The notes under the pieces were generated by a model. The model was not told where the DNA came from. It made no database searches and was given only the letters and a program-made list of their open reading frames with translations. Of a DNA stretch of 64,000 nucleotides, positions 37,627-47,571 are shown piece after piece (the stretch's first letter is position 1; each line of letters opens with the position of its first letter). The position numbers and the translations under genes were made by a program. The stretch lies in contig LBTB01000006.1 of NCBI GenBank assembly GCA_000989305.1, positions 66,448-130,447 of the forward strand, written 5' to 3'. The stretch is from Candidatus Shapirobacteria bacterium GW2011_GWF2_37_20. GTDB lineage: Bacteria; Patescibacteriota; Microgenomatia; UBA12405.

Positions 37627-38976
37627 TTAAGGAATAAGAGTAGGAGAAGCCGAGGGAGAACTGACTGAGGAACCGGTTTTTAAATCAACCCCAATAATGA
37701 AGACAACATCGTAAGTTGAGGTGCTGACCAGTTCTGAGGTAGTGGCGGAAGCAAATTCAGTCAGGTTTTGTAAGAAATAGTCGGGAGCGAGGGTTTTCTT
37801 AATCTGAATTTCGTTTTTAGTGGCAGATTCTTTACTGTTTCCGGTGGCAACACTGGTAAAACCAAGTTTGACCAGCTCCGCTTTGAGGGTGGCCGCCTGA
37901 CCATTGATGTCAGTGGCATTTAAGACTTGAATTTTTATATCTTTGCTAATTTCAATCGGAGTGGGAGTGGGAGCTTCGGTCACCGGAGTAGCCGAGATTT
38001 CTTCGGTTTTATTCTCACCGCCGGGAGAATTGATATCAGTATTTTTATTCTGATTAAGAATAAACCAGACAATAATTGAGGCAACAATAGCCGTGATTAT
38101 AAAAACGGCGATAATTGGTAGAAGACTTTTTTTATTGTTTTCCATAGGTGATTGAGAATTTGAATCGATAATATTTGAGGCAGGTTTTGAAATAGGGCTT
38201 GTCTTTATTATAGCAGTAAGTGGCTTGGCGCTGCCAACGAAGAAAGAAAGGACCGGTAGGGGTAAATTTGAGGCTTTGTTAAAACGCTGACAGATTTCTG
38301 ATTCGTTGTAATTTACGTCCGGTAAATATTGAACTGGTTCTTTATTGGCAAAATAAGCTTGAGCGTAATTTAAAAGTTTTTTAAGTTCGGGTAGAGCTTT
38401 TTTAATGACTGAAGTTAAATAGACATGGCCTTGATTTGCGAGAATGGCCACATAATCATGACTATTGACGGGATAAAAGAAAAAATATTGACCATTATCA
38501 AAAGCGGAATATAGTTTAGCAACAGCAGAGGAAACCGTCTCATAATCTAATACTTTAAGGTTAAGTTTTTGAAGATTGGTGGTTAAAACCTGAAATTTTT
38601 CCTGATTAAAAATACGGGTTCGAACTAAAGTTCGTTCATTGTCGGCCTCCAAATCGAAAGTTACTGATTCGGGAGATATTTTGAAATCAGTGGAATCTTT
38701 GGCTAAAGTAATAACTTCACCCGGATCAAGCTTGGTAACAACTGAATCGTAAACAAAGGTTTTAGTAATAACATAGGAGTCGTTTAAAAGAACATTGACT
38801 TCGGAAATTTTATTTTGATGAAAAAAAGAAGCCAAATTACGCAGACTCTCTTCGTCTTGCTCTTTCCACAAATCAATCTCGAAGGAAAAGGTGTTATTGT
38901 CGCTTTGATCTAAATAAATTTCCAGGCTATCATCTTTGGGCCAAAGCACAACTTTAGGTTTTGAAAAGAATGACAT
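37627..38976 (-). CDS. Membrane protein with C-terminal LytR_C domain and possible PilM-like N-terminal region
   Basis: Single TM, Pro/Thr linker, IQVLNAT..NG.A...K..L..LGF and DVVFIIG.D (LytR_C); N-terminal assignment is weak. Confidence 0.7.
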   Translation of the reverse strand: MSFFSKPKVVLWPKDDSLEIYLDQSDNNTFSFEIDLWKEQDEESLRNLASFFHQNKISEVNVLLNDSYVITKTFVYDSVVTKLDPGEVITLAKDSTDFKISPESVTFDLEADNERTLVRTRIFNQEKFQVLTTNLQKLNLKVLDYETVSSAVAKLYSAFDNGQYFFFYPVNSHDYVAILANQGHVYLTSVIKKALPELKKLLNYAQAYFANKEPVQYLPDVNYNESEICQRFNKASNLPLPVLSFFVGSAKPLTAIIKTSPISKPASNIIDSNSQSPMENNKKSLLPIIAVFIITAIVASIIVWFILNQNKNTDINSPGGENKTEEISATPVTEAPTPTPIEISKDIKIQVLNATDINGQAATLKAELVKLGFTSVATGNSKESATKNEIQIKKTLAPDYFLQNLTEFASATTSELVSTSTYDVVFIIGVDLKTGSSVSSPSASPTLIP

Positions 38977-39008
38977 TAAAATATCTTAACATATTGGACC
39001 AATAACAA

Positions 39009-39030
39009 AAACCCCGCCGAAGCGGGGTTT
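39009..39030 (-). terminator. Intrinsic terminator after rpsG
   Basis: Minus strand AAACCCCGC-TTCG-GCGGGGTTTTTG; C(UUCG)G tetraloop and U-tract. Confidence 0.88.
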
Positions 39031-39051
39031 ACGATTTTGAATAAGGATAAC

Positions 39052-39534
39052 TTACCAACGCAAGTGAGCGAAAGCTTTATTGGCCTCGGCCATTCTTTCA
39101 ATTTCTTGGCGTTTAGCAATGGAAGAACCTTCATTGTTGAGGGTAGCCAAAAGCTCAGCCGCTAATTTTAGGGCAAAAGAATGATATTGCTTATTTGGTC
39201 TTTTGCGAGCAGAGGTTACCAACCAGCGAATGGCCAGTGAATATTGACGACTACCTCGGACAGGAGTAGGTACTTGATAGACAGCACCACCAATACGACG
39301 AGGACGAACCTCAACTTTGGGTTTGATGTTATCGAGAGCTTGTTCCAAGGTGGTAACAATATCTTCACTTTTACTTTCTTTTTGGAAAAGTTTCAAAGCT
39401 TCGTAGACCTGTTTTTGGGCGGCATTTTTGTTGCCGGCATACATAACTCGGTTGATGAGCTTGGTAATAACGATACTTTTGTATTCAGTATCGGGGAGAA
39501 CTTCTCTGATTTTTGTTTGACCTTTTCTTGACAT
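39052..39534 (-). CDS. rpsG: 30S ribosomal protein S7
   Basis: EVRPRRIGGAVYQVP, LAIRWL, MAEANKAFAH.RW. Confidence 0.98.
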   Translation of the reverse strand: MSRKGQTKIREVLPDTEYKSIVITKLINRVMYAGNKNAAQKQVYEALKLFQKESKSEDIVTTLEQALDNIKPKVEVRPRRIGGAVYQVPTPVRGSRQYSLAIRWLVTSARKRPNKQYHSFALKLAAELLATLNNEGSSIAKRQEIERMAEANKAFAHLRW

Positions 39535-39540
39535 ATATTT

Positions 39541-39963
39541 TTAGGCTGAAGTTTTAACGGTACGTTTTGCACCGTACTTACTGCGGGATTGTTGACGACC
39601 GACAACAGCACCAGCGTCGTATTTACCGCGAATAACATGATAACGAACACCGGGAAGATCCCGAACACGACCGCCACGAATAGAGACAATGCCGTGTTCA
39701 GCTAAATTGTGACCGACACCGGGAATATAAGCAGTAACTGTAGCCCGATTACTCAACCTGATTCTGGCAACTTTCCGAAGAGCAGAATGAGGTTTTTTCG
39801 GAGTCATGGTTTTAACGACGGTAACAACACCTTTTTTCTGGGGATTGTAACTGTCGACACTGGTACTTTTAATACTGTTAAAATTGTCCCGAAGGGCGCC
39901 GGTTCTTAATTTCAGGCGTCGAACTTTTCGACATTTTCCGATTAATTGATTTAGAGTTGGCAT
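39541..39963 (-). CDS. rpsL: 30S ribosomal protein S12
   Basis: MPTLNQL, PKKP.SALRK, YIPG.GHNL, DLPGVRY, RSKYG. Confidence 0.98.
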   Translation of the reverse strand: MPTLNQLIGKCRKVRRLKLRTGALRDNFNSIKSTSVDSYNPQKKGVVTVVKTMTPKKPHSALRKVARIRLSNRATVTAYIPGVGHNLAEHGIVSIRGGRVRDLPGVRYHVIRGKYDAGAVVGRQQSRSKYGAKRTVKTSA

Positions 39964-39965
39964 AA

Positions 39966-42900
39966 TTATTTAATTTCCTGATCCTTTCCAACAGGAATCA
40001 GACGTCCGATAATAACATTTTCCTTTAGACCTATCAAGTGATCGACTTCAGCTAACAAGGATGCTTCGGTCAAAACTCCGGTAGTTTGTTGGAAGGAAGC
40101 GGCAGAAAGCCAAGAACCAGTAGTTAAGGAAGATTGAATCAAACCCAGAAGGACTTTGTGGCCCTTGGAGGGTTTTCCATCTTTACTGTTTTCTTTTACT
40201 TTATTGTTTTCTGCTTCATAAACAGGGCGAGTAACAATTTGTCCATAAAGGAAATTGGTGTCACCGGGGTCTTCGATTTTAAGTTTGTCGCTCATTTCGC
40301 GAACAATAACTTCGATGTGTTTATCGTGAATACCAATACCCTGAGACTCATAAACTCCCTGAATGGAATTAATAAGATAGCGCTGGGCGGCCTCTAATCC
40401 GGAAACTTCCAGAATTTCGCGAACATCTATTGGACCGGAGCAAAGCTGGGTCCCCTGTCCGACTAAGTCACCATCAGCAACTAACAAGGTAACATTACTG
40501 GGAAGCAGATAATTAATGGTTTTAGCCACATTATTTTTGTCTTTACCGGTTAATTTTAGTTCGTAGCCGTCGATATTCTCTTTGACCTTAATCTTACCGT
40601 TAATTTCGGCTAAAGGTGAAGGTAATTTCGGCATTCTGACTTCAAAAAGTTCCTGAATACGGGGTAAACCTTGAGTAACATCAACACCAAGAACACCACC
40701 AGTGTGTTTTGTTCTAAGAGTTAACTGAGTTCCTGGTTCACCAACTGATTGGGCGGCGATGACACCAACGGGAACTCCGAAACCAACCATCTCTCGGGTT
40801 GAAAGATCCCAGCCGTAACACTTACGACAGAGACCGATTTTTGATTTACAGGTCAAAGCAGAACGAACGTCAACAATTTTGACCTCGCTTTCTTCAATTA
40901 ATGCCTGAATATGATTGTCAACTAAAATACCTTTTTTAGCGATAATTTTCTTGTTTTTTGGATCAATGACATCGTTGGCCAATACCCGACCCAAAAGACG
41001 ACGACTAAAGAATTTTTCTCGGCCTTTTTCGTTTCTATCAATAGTCCAAAAACGAGTGGTACCACAATCATCTTCGCGGGTGATAGCAACATGAGAAGTA
41101 TCAACCAAACGACGGGTTAAGTAACCAGCGTCGGCAGTACGAAGAGCGGTGTCAGATAAACCCTTGCGGGTACCTCGAGCACCGGTAATGTACTCAAAAA
41201 CAGAGAGGCCTTCACGGAAATTGCTTTTGGTAGGTAACTGAACAATTTTACCAGTAGGATCAACCATAAGTCCACGCATACCTGAAAGCTGTTTGATCTG
41301 ATCTTTGGAGGCACGTTTGATACCAGCGGCAGAAACGATACGGATAGGAGAGTCGATATCCAGAGTGTCCCAAGTTTTTTCAGCAATAGATTCGGTAATT
41401 TCCATCCAAACGCTTTGACTAAGACGTTTTTTCTCATCGTTACTGATAAGACCCATTTTGAAATTATCTTCAATTTCGACAACGCGCTTATCGGCCCCAG
41501 CGATAATGGAATCTTTTTCTGAAAGATAACCCATATCCGGCATGGACAGGGAAAGTCCAGAGAGAGTAAAGCCGGCAAAACCGATATCCTTGAGTGAGTC
41601 AATTAATTTGACAGTTTTTAAGCGTCCAGAAATTTCAATTGACTTAACGATCAGGTCATTTAAGGCCTTGGAACCAGCCATGGGAGCATTTATAAATTCG
41701 AATTCTTTGGGAAGAATAGAATTAAACCAAACGCGACCGTAGGTGGTTTTAACAAGCTGACCATTGATTCTAACGGCAACTAATTCACGTAAAGCAACTT
41801 TTCCTGATTGATAGGCTAAAGTTAATTCCTCTTTATCACCCATGACAGATAATCCCTTATAACCCTCTTGGGTTTCTTTGGCGATATCAGCAGAAGCGAC
41901 AGAAGTAATGTAATAACAGCCTACAGCCATTTCCTGAGAAGGAATGGAAACCGGAGCTCCATCTGAGGGCTTGAGAAGATTCCTCGAAGGCAACATTAAT
42001 TTTTTAGCTTCTTTTTGGGCGGCGGCCGAAAGAGGTAAATGAACCCCCATTTGGTCTCCGTCAAAATCAGCGTTAAAGCCTTTACAAACACAAGGGTGAA
42101 GTCTAATGGCCAATCCATCGGTTAAAACCGGCTTAAAGGCCTGGATAGAAAGTTTATGGAGAGTAGGAGCACGATTCAAAAGAACATAAGTGCTTTTGGT
42201 AACTTTTTCCAAAATGTCATAAACCTCATTGACCCGATGGTCGATTAAGTTTTTGGCTGATTTAATGTTGGCTGCAAGACCACTGTCCATTAATTCTTTC
42301 AAAACAAAGGGTCGATACATTTCCAGGGCGATTTCTTTGGGAAGACCGACCTGATTTAGTTTTAATTCCGGACCAACAACGATAACGGAACGGCTGGAAT
42401 AATCGACACGTTTTCCCAAAAGATTTCTACGGAAACGACCTTTTTTACCCCGAAGTAGGTCTGATAGTGAGCGGGGTAAACGTTTACTGCTTTTGCGCTT
42501 GTTTTTGGAAGATTTTTGAGCATCGATAAGAATATCGACGGACTCTTGGAGCATGCGTTTTTCATTGCGTAAAATAATTTCCGGAGCACCTAATTTAATA
42601 AGTTTTTTGAGACGATTATTTCGGTTAATTAAACGACGGTAAAGGTCATTTAAATCAGAGGTAGCAAAACGACCACCGGTAAGCTGGACCATGGGACGTA
42701 AATCAGGTGGAATAACCGGTACAAATTGCATGATCATCCAGGCGGGATTGATATTATTTTCAATCATGCCGTTTAGGATCCTGATCTTGTACATGATCTT
42801 TTTCTTTTTAAGTTTTGAGCTGGTTTTAGCTAATTCTTTCTTTAGATTTTTGACAGTTTCCGGAAGATCAATCTCTTTTAATACTTTTAATAAAGCTTCG

Positions 42901-43706
42901 GCACCCATCTGGGCCTGATAGAAAATATCGGCCTTGAACTGGGCAAGATAAAATTCTTCTTCGTCAGTAAGGACGGAAAGAACTTCCATGCTTTTGATTT
43001 TATCTTCTAAAAATTTTATCAATGACTCGATGCGATTTTTTTCGGATGAAGCTTTGTTTTCAACTTTTTGAATATCCTGTTTAAGACGAACATCACGTTC
43101 TTCTTTGGCAATCAAAAGTTGGTCTTTATTTTTAATTTTATTGTCTAAGTCTTTCTTTTCTTTGGCTGTTTGAGTTTTATATTTCTCAATAGCTGCGGCA
43201 GAATCGACATCAATTTGTTTTTGACGATTTTCAGAATTAGTGGATAAGTTGTTGAGAGCTTCCTTTCTCTTGTCGTTGTCAACAGCAGTCACTAAATATT
43301 TAGTGAAGTAAACGACGGCCTCTAATTCTTTTTGGGGAACATCGAGAATGACGCCTAAGGGAGATGGAGTATTTCTTAAATACCACAAATGAGCAATAGG
43401 AGCGGCGAGGGCAATGTGACCCATGCGTTCACGACGAACTTTGGAAGTAGTAACTTCAACACCACATTTGTCACAAATAACACCCTTGAATCGGATTTTT
43501 TTGTATTTACCACAATAACATTCATAATCGCGACTTGGTCCAAAGATTTTTTCACAAAAAAGTCCGTCTTTTTCCGGACGCCAAGAACGATAATTAATGG
43601 TTTCAGGTTTTAAAACTTCACCAGTTGACCAGGATAAGATTTCTTCCGGAGAAGCAAGCTTAATCTCGATGCCGGTAAAGTCAAGCATATTTTTGAATTT
43701 AAACAT
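39966..43706 (-). CDS. rpoC: RNA polymerase beta' subunit
   Basis: KPETINYR, Zn finger [37 protein letters not shown]; start placed just after the rpoB stop. Confidence 0.98.
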   Translation of the reverse strand: MFKFKNMLDFTGIEIKLASPEEILSWSTGEVLKPETINYRSWRPEKDGLFCEKIFGPSRDYECYCGKYKKIRFKGVICDKCGVEVTTSKVRRERMGHIALAAPIAHLWYLRNTPSPLGVILDVPQKELEAVVYFTKYLVTAVDNDKRKEALNNLSTNSENRQKQIDVDSAAAIEKYKTQTAKEKKDLDNKIKNKDQLLIAKEERDVRLKQDIQKVENKASSEKNRIESLIKFLEDKIKSMEVLSVLTDEEEFYLAQFKADIFYQAQMGAEALLKVLKEIDLPETVKNLKKELAKTSSKLKKKKIMYKIRILNGMIENNINPAWMIMQFVPVIPPDLRPMVQLTGGRFATSDLNDLYRRLINRNNRLKKLIKLGAPEIILRNEKRMLQESVDILIDAQKSSKNKRKSSKRLPRSLSDLLRGKKGRFRRNLLGKRVDYSSRSVIVVGPELKLNQVGLPKEIALEMYRPFVLKELMDSGLAANIKSAKNLIDHRVNEVYDILEKVTKSTYVLLNRAPTLHKLSIQAFKPVLTDGLAIRLHPCVCKGFNADFDGDQMGVHLPLSAAAQKEAKKLMLPSRNLLKPSDGAPVSIPSQEMAVGCYYITSVASADIAKETQEGYKGLSVMGDKEELTLAYQSGKVALRELVAVRINGQLVKTTYGRVWFNSILPKEFEFINAPMAGSKALNDLIVKSIEISGRLKTVKLIDSLKDIGFAGFTLSGLSLSMPDMGYLSEKDSIIAGADKRVVEIEDNFKMGLISNDEKKRLSQSVWMEITESIAEKTWDTLDIDSPIRIVSAAGIKRASKDQIKQLSGMRGLMVDPTGKIVQLPTKSNFREGLSVFEYITGARGTRKGLSDTALRTADAGYLTRRLVDTSHVAITREDDCGTTRFWTIDRNEKGREKFFSRRLLGRVLANDVIDPKNKKIIAKKGILVDNHIQALIEESEVKIVDVRSALTCKSKIGLCRKCYGWDLSTREMVGFGVPVGVIAAQSVGEPGTQLTLRTKHTGGVLGVDVTQGLPRIQELFEVRMPKLPSPLAEINGKIKVKENIDGYELKLTGKDKNNVAKTINYLLPSNVTLLVADGDLVGQGTQLCSGPIDVREILEVSGLEAAQRYLINSIQGVYESQGIGIHDKHIEVIVREMSDKLKIEDPGDTNFLYGQIVTRPVYEAENNKVKENSKDGKPSKGHKVLLGLIQSSLTTGSWLSAASFQQTTGVLTEASLLAEVDHLIGLKENVIIGRLIPVGKDQEIK

Positions 43707-43707
43707 A

Positions 43708-46700
43708 TTAGTTTTCCTCCTTTGAATCTTCAACATTTGTTTCAGTAACAACTTCTTCCTCGACAATTTTCATGCCAACGGGAGAAATATCAAGACCTAA
43801 TCCTGCAAGTTCTTTGGTAAGAACTTTAAAAGATTCAGGAATTGCCGGTTCGGGGATGGGCTGTCCTTTGATAATGGCCTGAAAGGCATGAGTCCGGCCT
43901 TCAATATCATCAGATTTAATAGTTAACATTTCCTGCAAAATGTGAGCGGCTTGATGGGCCTCAAGAGCCCATACTTCCATTTCTCCAAGGCGCTGACCAC
44001 CCATCCGGGCTTTTCCACCAAGAGGCTGTTGAGTAACCAGAGAATAAGGACCAGTAGAGCGGGCATGAACCTTGTCGTCAACCATGTGAACCAATTTCAA
44101 AATATAGCCAACACCAACAACTACTTCCTGGTCATAAGCATCACCGCTACGACCATCATAGAGTTTGGTTTTTCCGGTTGGATTCAGACCAGCGGCAATT
44201 AATTCTTTACCAATTTGATCTTCACTATATTTTTCAAAAACCGGAACGGCATACTTTTTATTAAGACTGTAGCCGGCTAAACCTAAAGTAACTTCAAGGA
44301 CTTGGCCTAAATTCATACGAGCAATAACAGAAAGCGGAGACATAACTAAATCAACAGGAGTACCATCGGCTAAATGAGGCATGTCATACTCGGGCATAAT
44401 ACGACAAATAACACCCTTATTTCCATGACGTCCGGCAATTTTGTCACCTTCCTGAATACGACGAATTTGAGCGACATAAACTTTAACCACACGGTTAACA
44501 CCGGGGTCAAGTTCATCACCCTCTTCTTTTCCTAAAACCTCGACCTTGATAACGACACCACCCTCACCATTGGGAACACGAAGAGAAGTATCTTTAACTT
44601 CACGGGCTTTTTCGCCAAAAATAGCACGAAGCAGTCTTTCTTCGGCACTTAATTCTTTCTCGCCGCGGGGCTCAACCTTACCAACCAGAATATCATTTGG
44701 GCCGACGGTGGCGCCAATCATAACAATTCCATCATCGGTTAATTTTGCCAATTCGGCTTCGGAAACATTGGGAATATCTTTAGTTAATTCTTCAGTACCA
44801 AGCTTGGTTTCAACAACATCAGCCTTATATTCAAAAATTTGAATGTTGGTTAGAACATCCTGTTTAACTAAACGGTCAGAGATTAAGAAAGAATCTTCGT
44901 AACCCAAACCATCGATTGAAGCGTAAGCGACTAATAAATTACGACCGATGGACAATTCACCTTCGGAAGTAGAGGGGCCGTCAATTATTGCGTCACCCTT
45001 TTTAACTTTGTCGCCAACATTAACTAAAACCCGCTGGTTGTAACAGGTACCATAAGGGGAGGTTCTTTCGAATTTACTGACGGGATAAACCATATCGTCG
45101 ATAATTACCTGGTTGGCGTCAACAAAAGTTACAGTTCCATTGGTTTTGGCTAAAATACAGCGATTCATGGCAGAAGCAACGATAGATTCCATACCAGTAC
45201 CAACAATTGGTACTTCCGGTTGAATAAGAGGTACAGCTTGAGTCTGCATGTGAGAACCCATGAGGGCACGGGTAGCATCGTCGTGATCTATAAAGGGAAT
45301 CAAAGAAGCAGAGGCACCAACAATTTCGCTGGGAACCATATCAATGAATTCAACCTGATCGATGGGACCTTCAGCAAACTCACCTTGAAAGCGGATGGGG
45401 ACCCATTTTTGAATAATGGTATTATCTTCAATTTTGATACCAAGATGGGTAATTTGGTGATTATATTCATCTTCGGCATCCATATAAATGACGTCATTGG
45501 AAAAAGTATATTTTTTACCAGTTTTAACGATTTTTCTAAAAGGAGCTTCGATAAAACCATATTTATTTACTTGGGCATAGAGAGCCAGGTAGCTAACCAA
45601 ACCAATGTTTGGACCCTCAGGGGAACGAACAGTACAAATACGGCCATATTGAGAAGAATGTACGTCACGAATAGAGAAGGCAGCCCGTTCTCGGGTTAAA
45701 CCGCCAACACCAACCACGGTAACACGGCGAAGCAAATCAAGTTCAGCTAAAGGATTAGTTTGATCCAAAATTGCGGAAAGTTGATTGCTTCTGAAAAAAG
45801 TATTTAAAGAAGAGATTAAGGGCTGGGGATTAATCATTTGAGAGGGAGTTGGTTTTTCTTTGGTAGAAAGCAAACTCATTCTCTCTTTGACCATGCGCTC
45901 AAAACGGGCCATAGCTGGACGAAGAGCAACCTGGGCGACGATTTCACCACAACGTCTAAGACGACGATTGGCCAAGGAGTCAATATCATCAAAATGTTTT
46001 AGTTCACCTTTTTGTAATTTGATTAATTGGCGAATAGTGGAAATTAAATCTTCCTTTTTAATGACCCAATTTTCTTTATTGGAATCAGAAAAATCAAAAC
46101 CGAATTTCTTGTTAATTTTGTAACGACCAACCTGACCTAACTCATAGGTATGAAGGTCAAAGAAACGATCTTTAAAGAATTTTTCAGCATTTTCAAGAAC
46201 AACAGGTTCACCGGGTCGAAGTTTTCGATAAAACTCAAGATAAGCCTCTTCCTGACTTTTAGTCGGATCGGCAGAAATAGTAGCATTGATATAATCTCCG
46301 AACTCACCGACCAATTGTTTGTCTAATAGTCCGCAAGCGGCACGTAAAACAATGGTGGCAGGGACTTTCTTTTTACGATCAATACGGGCAAAAATAACAT
46401 CTTTCTTTCCAATGAAGAACTCCAACCAAGAACCACGAACGGGACGAATCTCCGCATTACAGAGAGTTTTGCCGGTGGCAGGATCGATTTCTCCGGTGAA
46501 ATAAACACCAGGAGAGCGGACAAGTTGATTGATGACTCCCCTTTCAATACCATTAACAATAAAGGTAGCTTCAGGAGTCATGGTGGGAAGATTGAGTAAA
46601 AAGACGTCTTCTTCACGGACTAAACCAGTTCTTTTGTTAGTTAATTTGGCTTTGGTGTAAACAGGAATAGTATAATTTAGGCCCTTAAGTCTGGCGGTTT

Positions 46701-46920
46701 CGGGAGTAATGGTTACCTTATCAAAAAATAATTCACCCAACTCTAAGAGCCAGTTATTTCCGGTATAGTCGGAAATCGGGGAAATGGAACGAACAGTTTC
46801 TTCAAGATCAGTTTTTAAAAATTTTGCCCAGGATTCTCTTTGGACAGCGAGTAAATCTAAAACAGGAATTTGGGGATATTTCTTCCCCCAGCTAATTCTT
46901 TTTGCGGATGGCATCGACAA
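43708..46920 (-). CDS. rpoB: RNA polymerase beta subunit (compact, 1070 aa)
   Basis: QLVRSPGVYF, PEGPNIGL, GDKIAGRHGNKG, HARSTGPYSLVTQQPLGG, GEMEVWALEA. Confidence 0.98.
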   Translation of the reverse strand: MSMPSAKRISWGKKYPQIPVLDLLAVQRESWAKFLKTDLEETVRSISPISDYTGNNWLLELGELFFDKVTITPETARLKGLNYTIPVYTKAKLTNKRTGLVREEDVFLLNLPTMTPEATFIVNGIERGVINQLVRSPGVYFTGEIDPATGKTLCNAEIRPVRGSWLEFFIGKKDVIFARIDRKKKVPATIVLRAACGLLDKQLVGEFGDYINATISADPTKSQEEAYLEFYRKLRPGEPVVLENAEKFFKDRFFDLHTYELGQVGRYKINKKFGFDFSDSNKENWVIKKEDLISTIRQLIKLQKGELKHFDDIDSLANRRLRRCGEIVAQVALRPAMARFERMVKERMSLLSTKEKPTPSQMINPQPLISSLNTFFRSNQLSAILDQTNPLAELDLLRRVTVVGVGGLTRERAAFSIRDVHSSQYGRICTVRSPEGPNIGLVSYLALYAQVNKYGFIEAPFRKIVKTGKKYTFSNDVIYMDAEDEYNHQITHLGIKIEDNTIIQKWVPIRFQGEFAEGPIDQVEFIDMVPSEIVGASASLIPFIDHDDATRALMGSHMQTQAVPLIQPEVPIVGTGMESIVASAMNRCILAKTNGTVTFVDANQVIIDDMVYPVSKFERTSPYGTCYNQRVLVNVGDKVKKGDAIIDGPSTSEGELSIGRNLLVAYASIDGLGYEDSFLISDRLVKQDVLTNIQIFEYKADVVETKLGTEELTKDIPNVSEAELAKLTDDGIVMIGATVGPNDILVGKVEPRGEKELSAEERLLRAIFGEKAREVKDTSLRVPNGEGGVVIKVEVLGKEEGDELDPGVNRVVKVYVAQIRRIQEGDKIAGRHGNKGVICRIMPEYDMPHLADGTPVDLVMSPLSVIARMNLGQVLEVTLGLAGYSLNKKYAVPVFEKYSEDQIGKELIAAGLNPTGKTKLYDGRSGDAYDQEVVVGVGYILKLVHMVDDKVHARSTGPYSLVTQQPLGGKARMGGQRLGEMEVWALEAHQAAHILQEMLTIKSDDIEGRTHAFQAIIKGQPIPEPAIPESFKVLTKELAGLGLDISPVGMKIVEEEVVTETNVEDSKEEN

Positions 46921-47016
46921 ATTTAATGAATATAGGTAAAAGACGAGTTATGTTCCAACCGCTCGCCGAATGTGGGAATTATATACTCATGCCTTACATA
47001 TAACAAGGGGGAAAGA

Positions 47017-47568
47017 TTAGAAAGTAGATTTCATCATGGTTTCTTGGTCCGAGGTGTAGTAGAAATCACAGAGTGATATTTCCGAGGTTGTTTGATCCGA
47101 TTCAACGAGAACATCCAGGTGTTGATGATTTTCATCTGGGGTACAGTCAGCTGAGGTCATGGTTTTAGCACATTTATTGTAATATCCAGCAGATCCTCCA
47201 CTACCTACCTCAAACTTAAAATGATAAATTCCGGGGCTTAAGGGAAAAGAAAATTTAGAGGAAGGGTCAACAGCCGTACCATCGTACTTCTGAGTAAATG
47301 TTTCGCCTGTGGAAATATTTTTAGCAACAATGGTACCTGGTGGGATACCCTCAGAGGGATAACACAGATTACCCGTGACCGTTCCCTTTTCACTATTTAT
47401 AGAATCAGTGGGGATAATAGTTGGGGGCATAGTCTCTACCGGATTTATTTCATTTTGTTTGGTTGGGGATATTGATTTTGATTTGTTGGATTCTTTATTT
47501 AGTAAATATAGAGTTGAAGTGAAAAAGATAGCTACTAAAATTATGAGAAAGATGGTGGATTTTTTCAT
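47017..47568 (-). CDS. Membrane-anchored/secreted Cys-containing hypothetical protein
   Basis: N-terminal signal/TM, Pro/Thr linker, G.V.G.LCYPSEGIP, four Cys. Confidence 0.75.
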   Translation of the reverse strand: MKKSTIFLIILVAIFFTSTLYLLNKESNKSKSISPTKQNEINPVETMPPTIIPTDSINSEKGTVTGNLCYPSEGIPPGTIVAKNISTGETFTQKYDGTAVDPSSKFSFPLSPGIYHFKFEVGSGGSAGYYNKCAKTMTSADCTPDENHQHLDVLVESDQTTSEISLCDFYYTSDQETMMKSTF

Positions 47569-47571
47569 GGA

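Noticed and set aside
42900-43300. Charged helical insertion in RpoC as a possible intein
   Set aside because: No intein splice-junction or LAGLIDADG motifs; its position matches the known lineage-specific beta' insertion.
14210-46920. Many short antisense or alternate-frame ORFs within ribosomal, tuf, fusA and rpo genes
   Set aside because: Shadow ORFs expected from codon bias of highly conserved genes; no independent signals.
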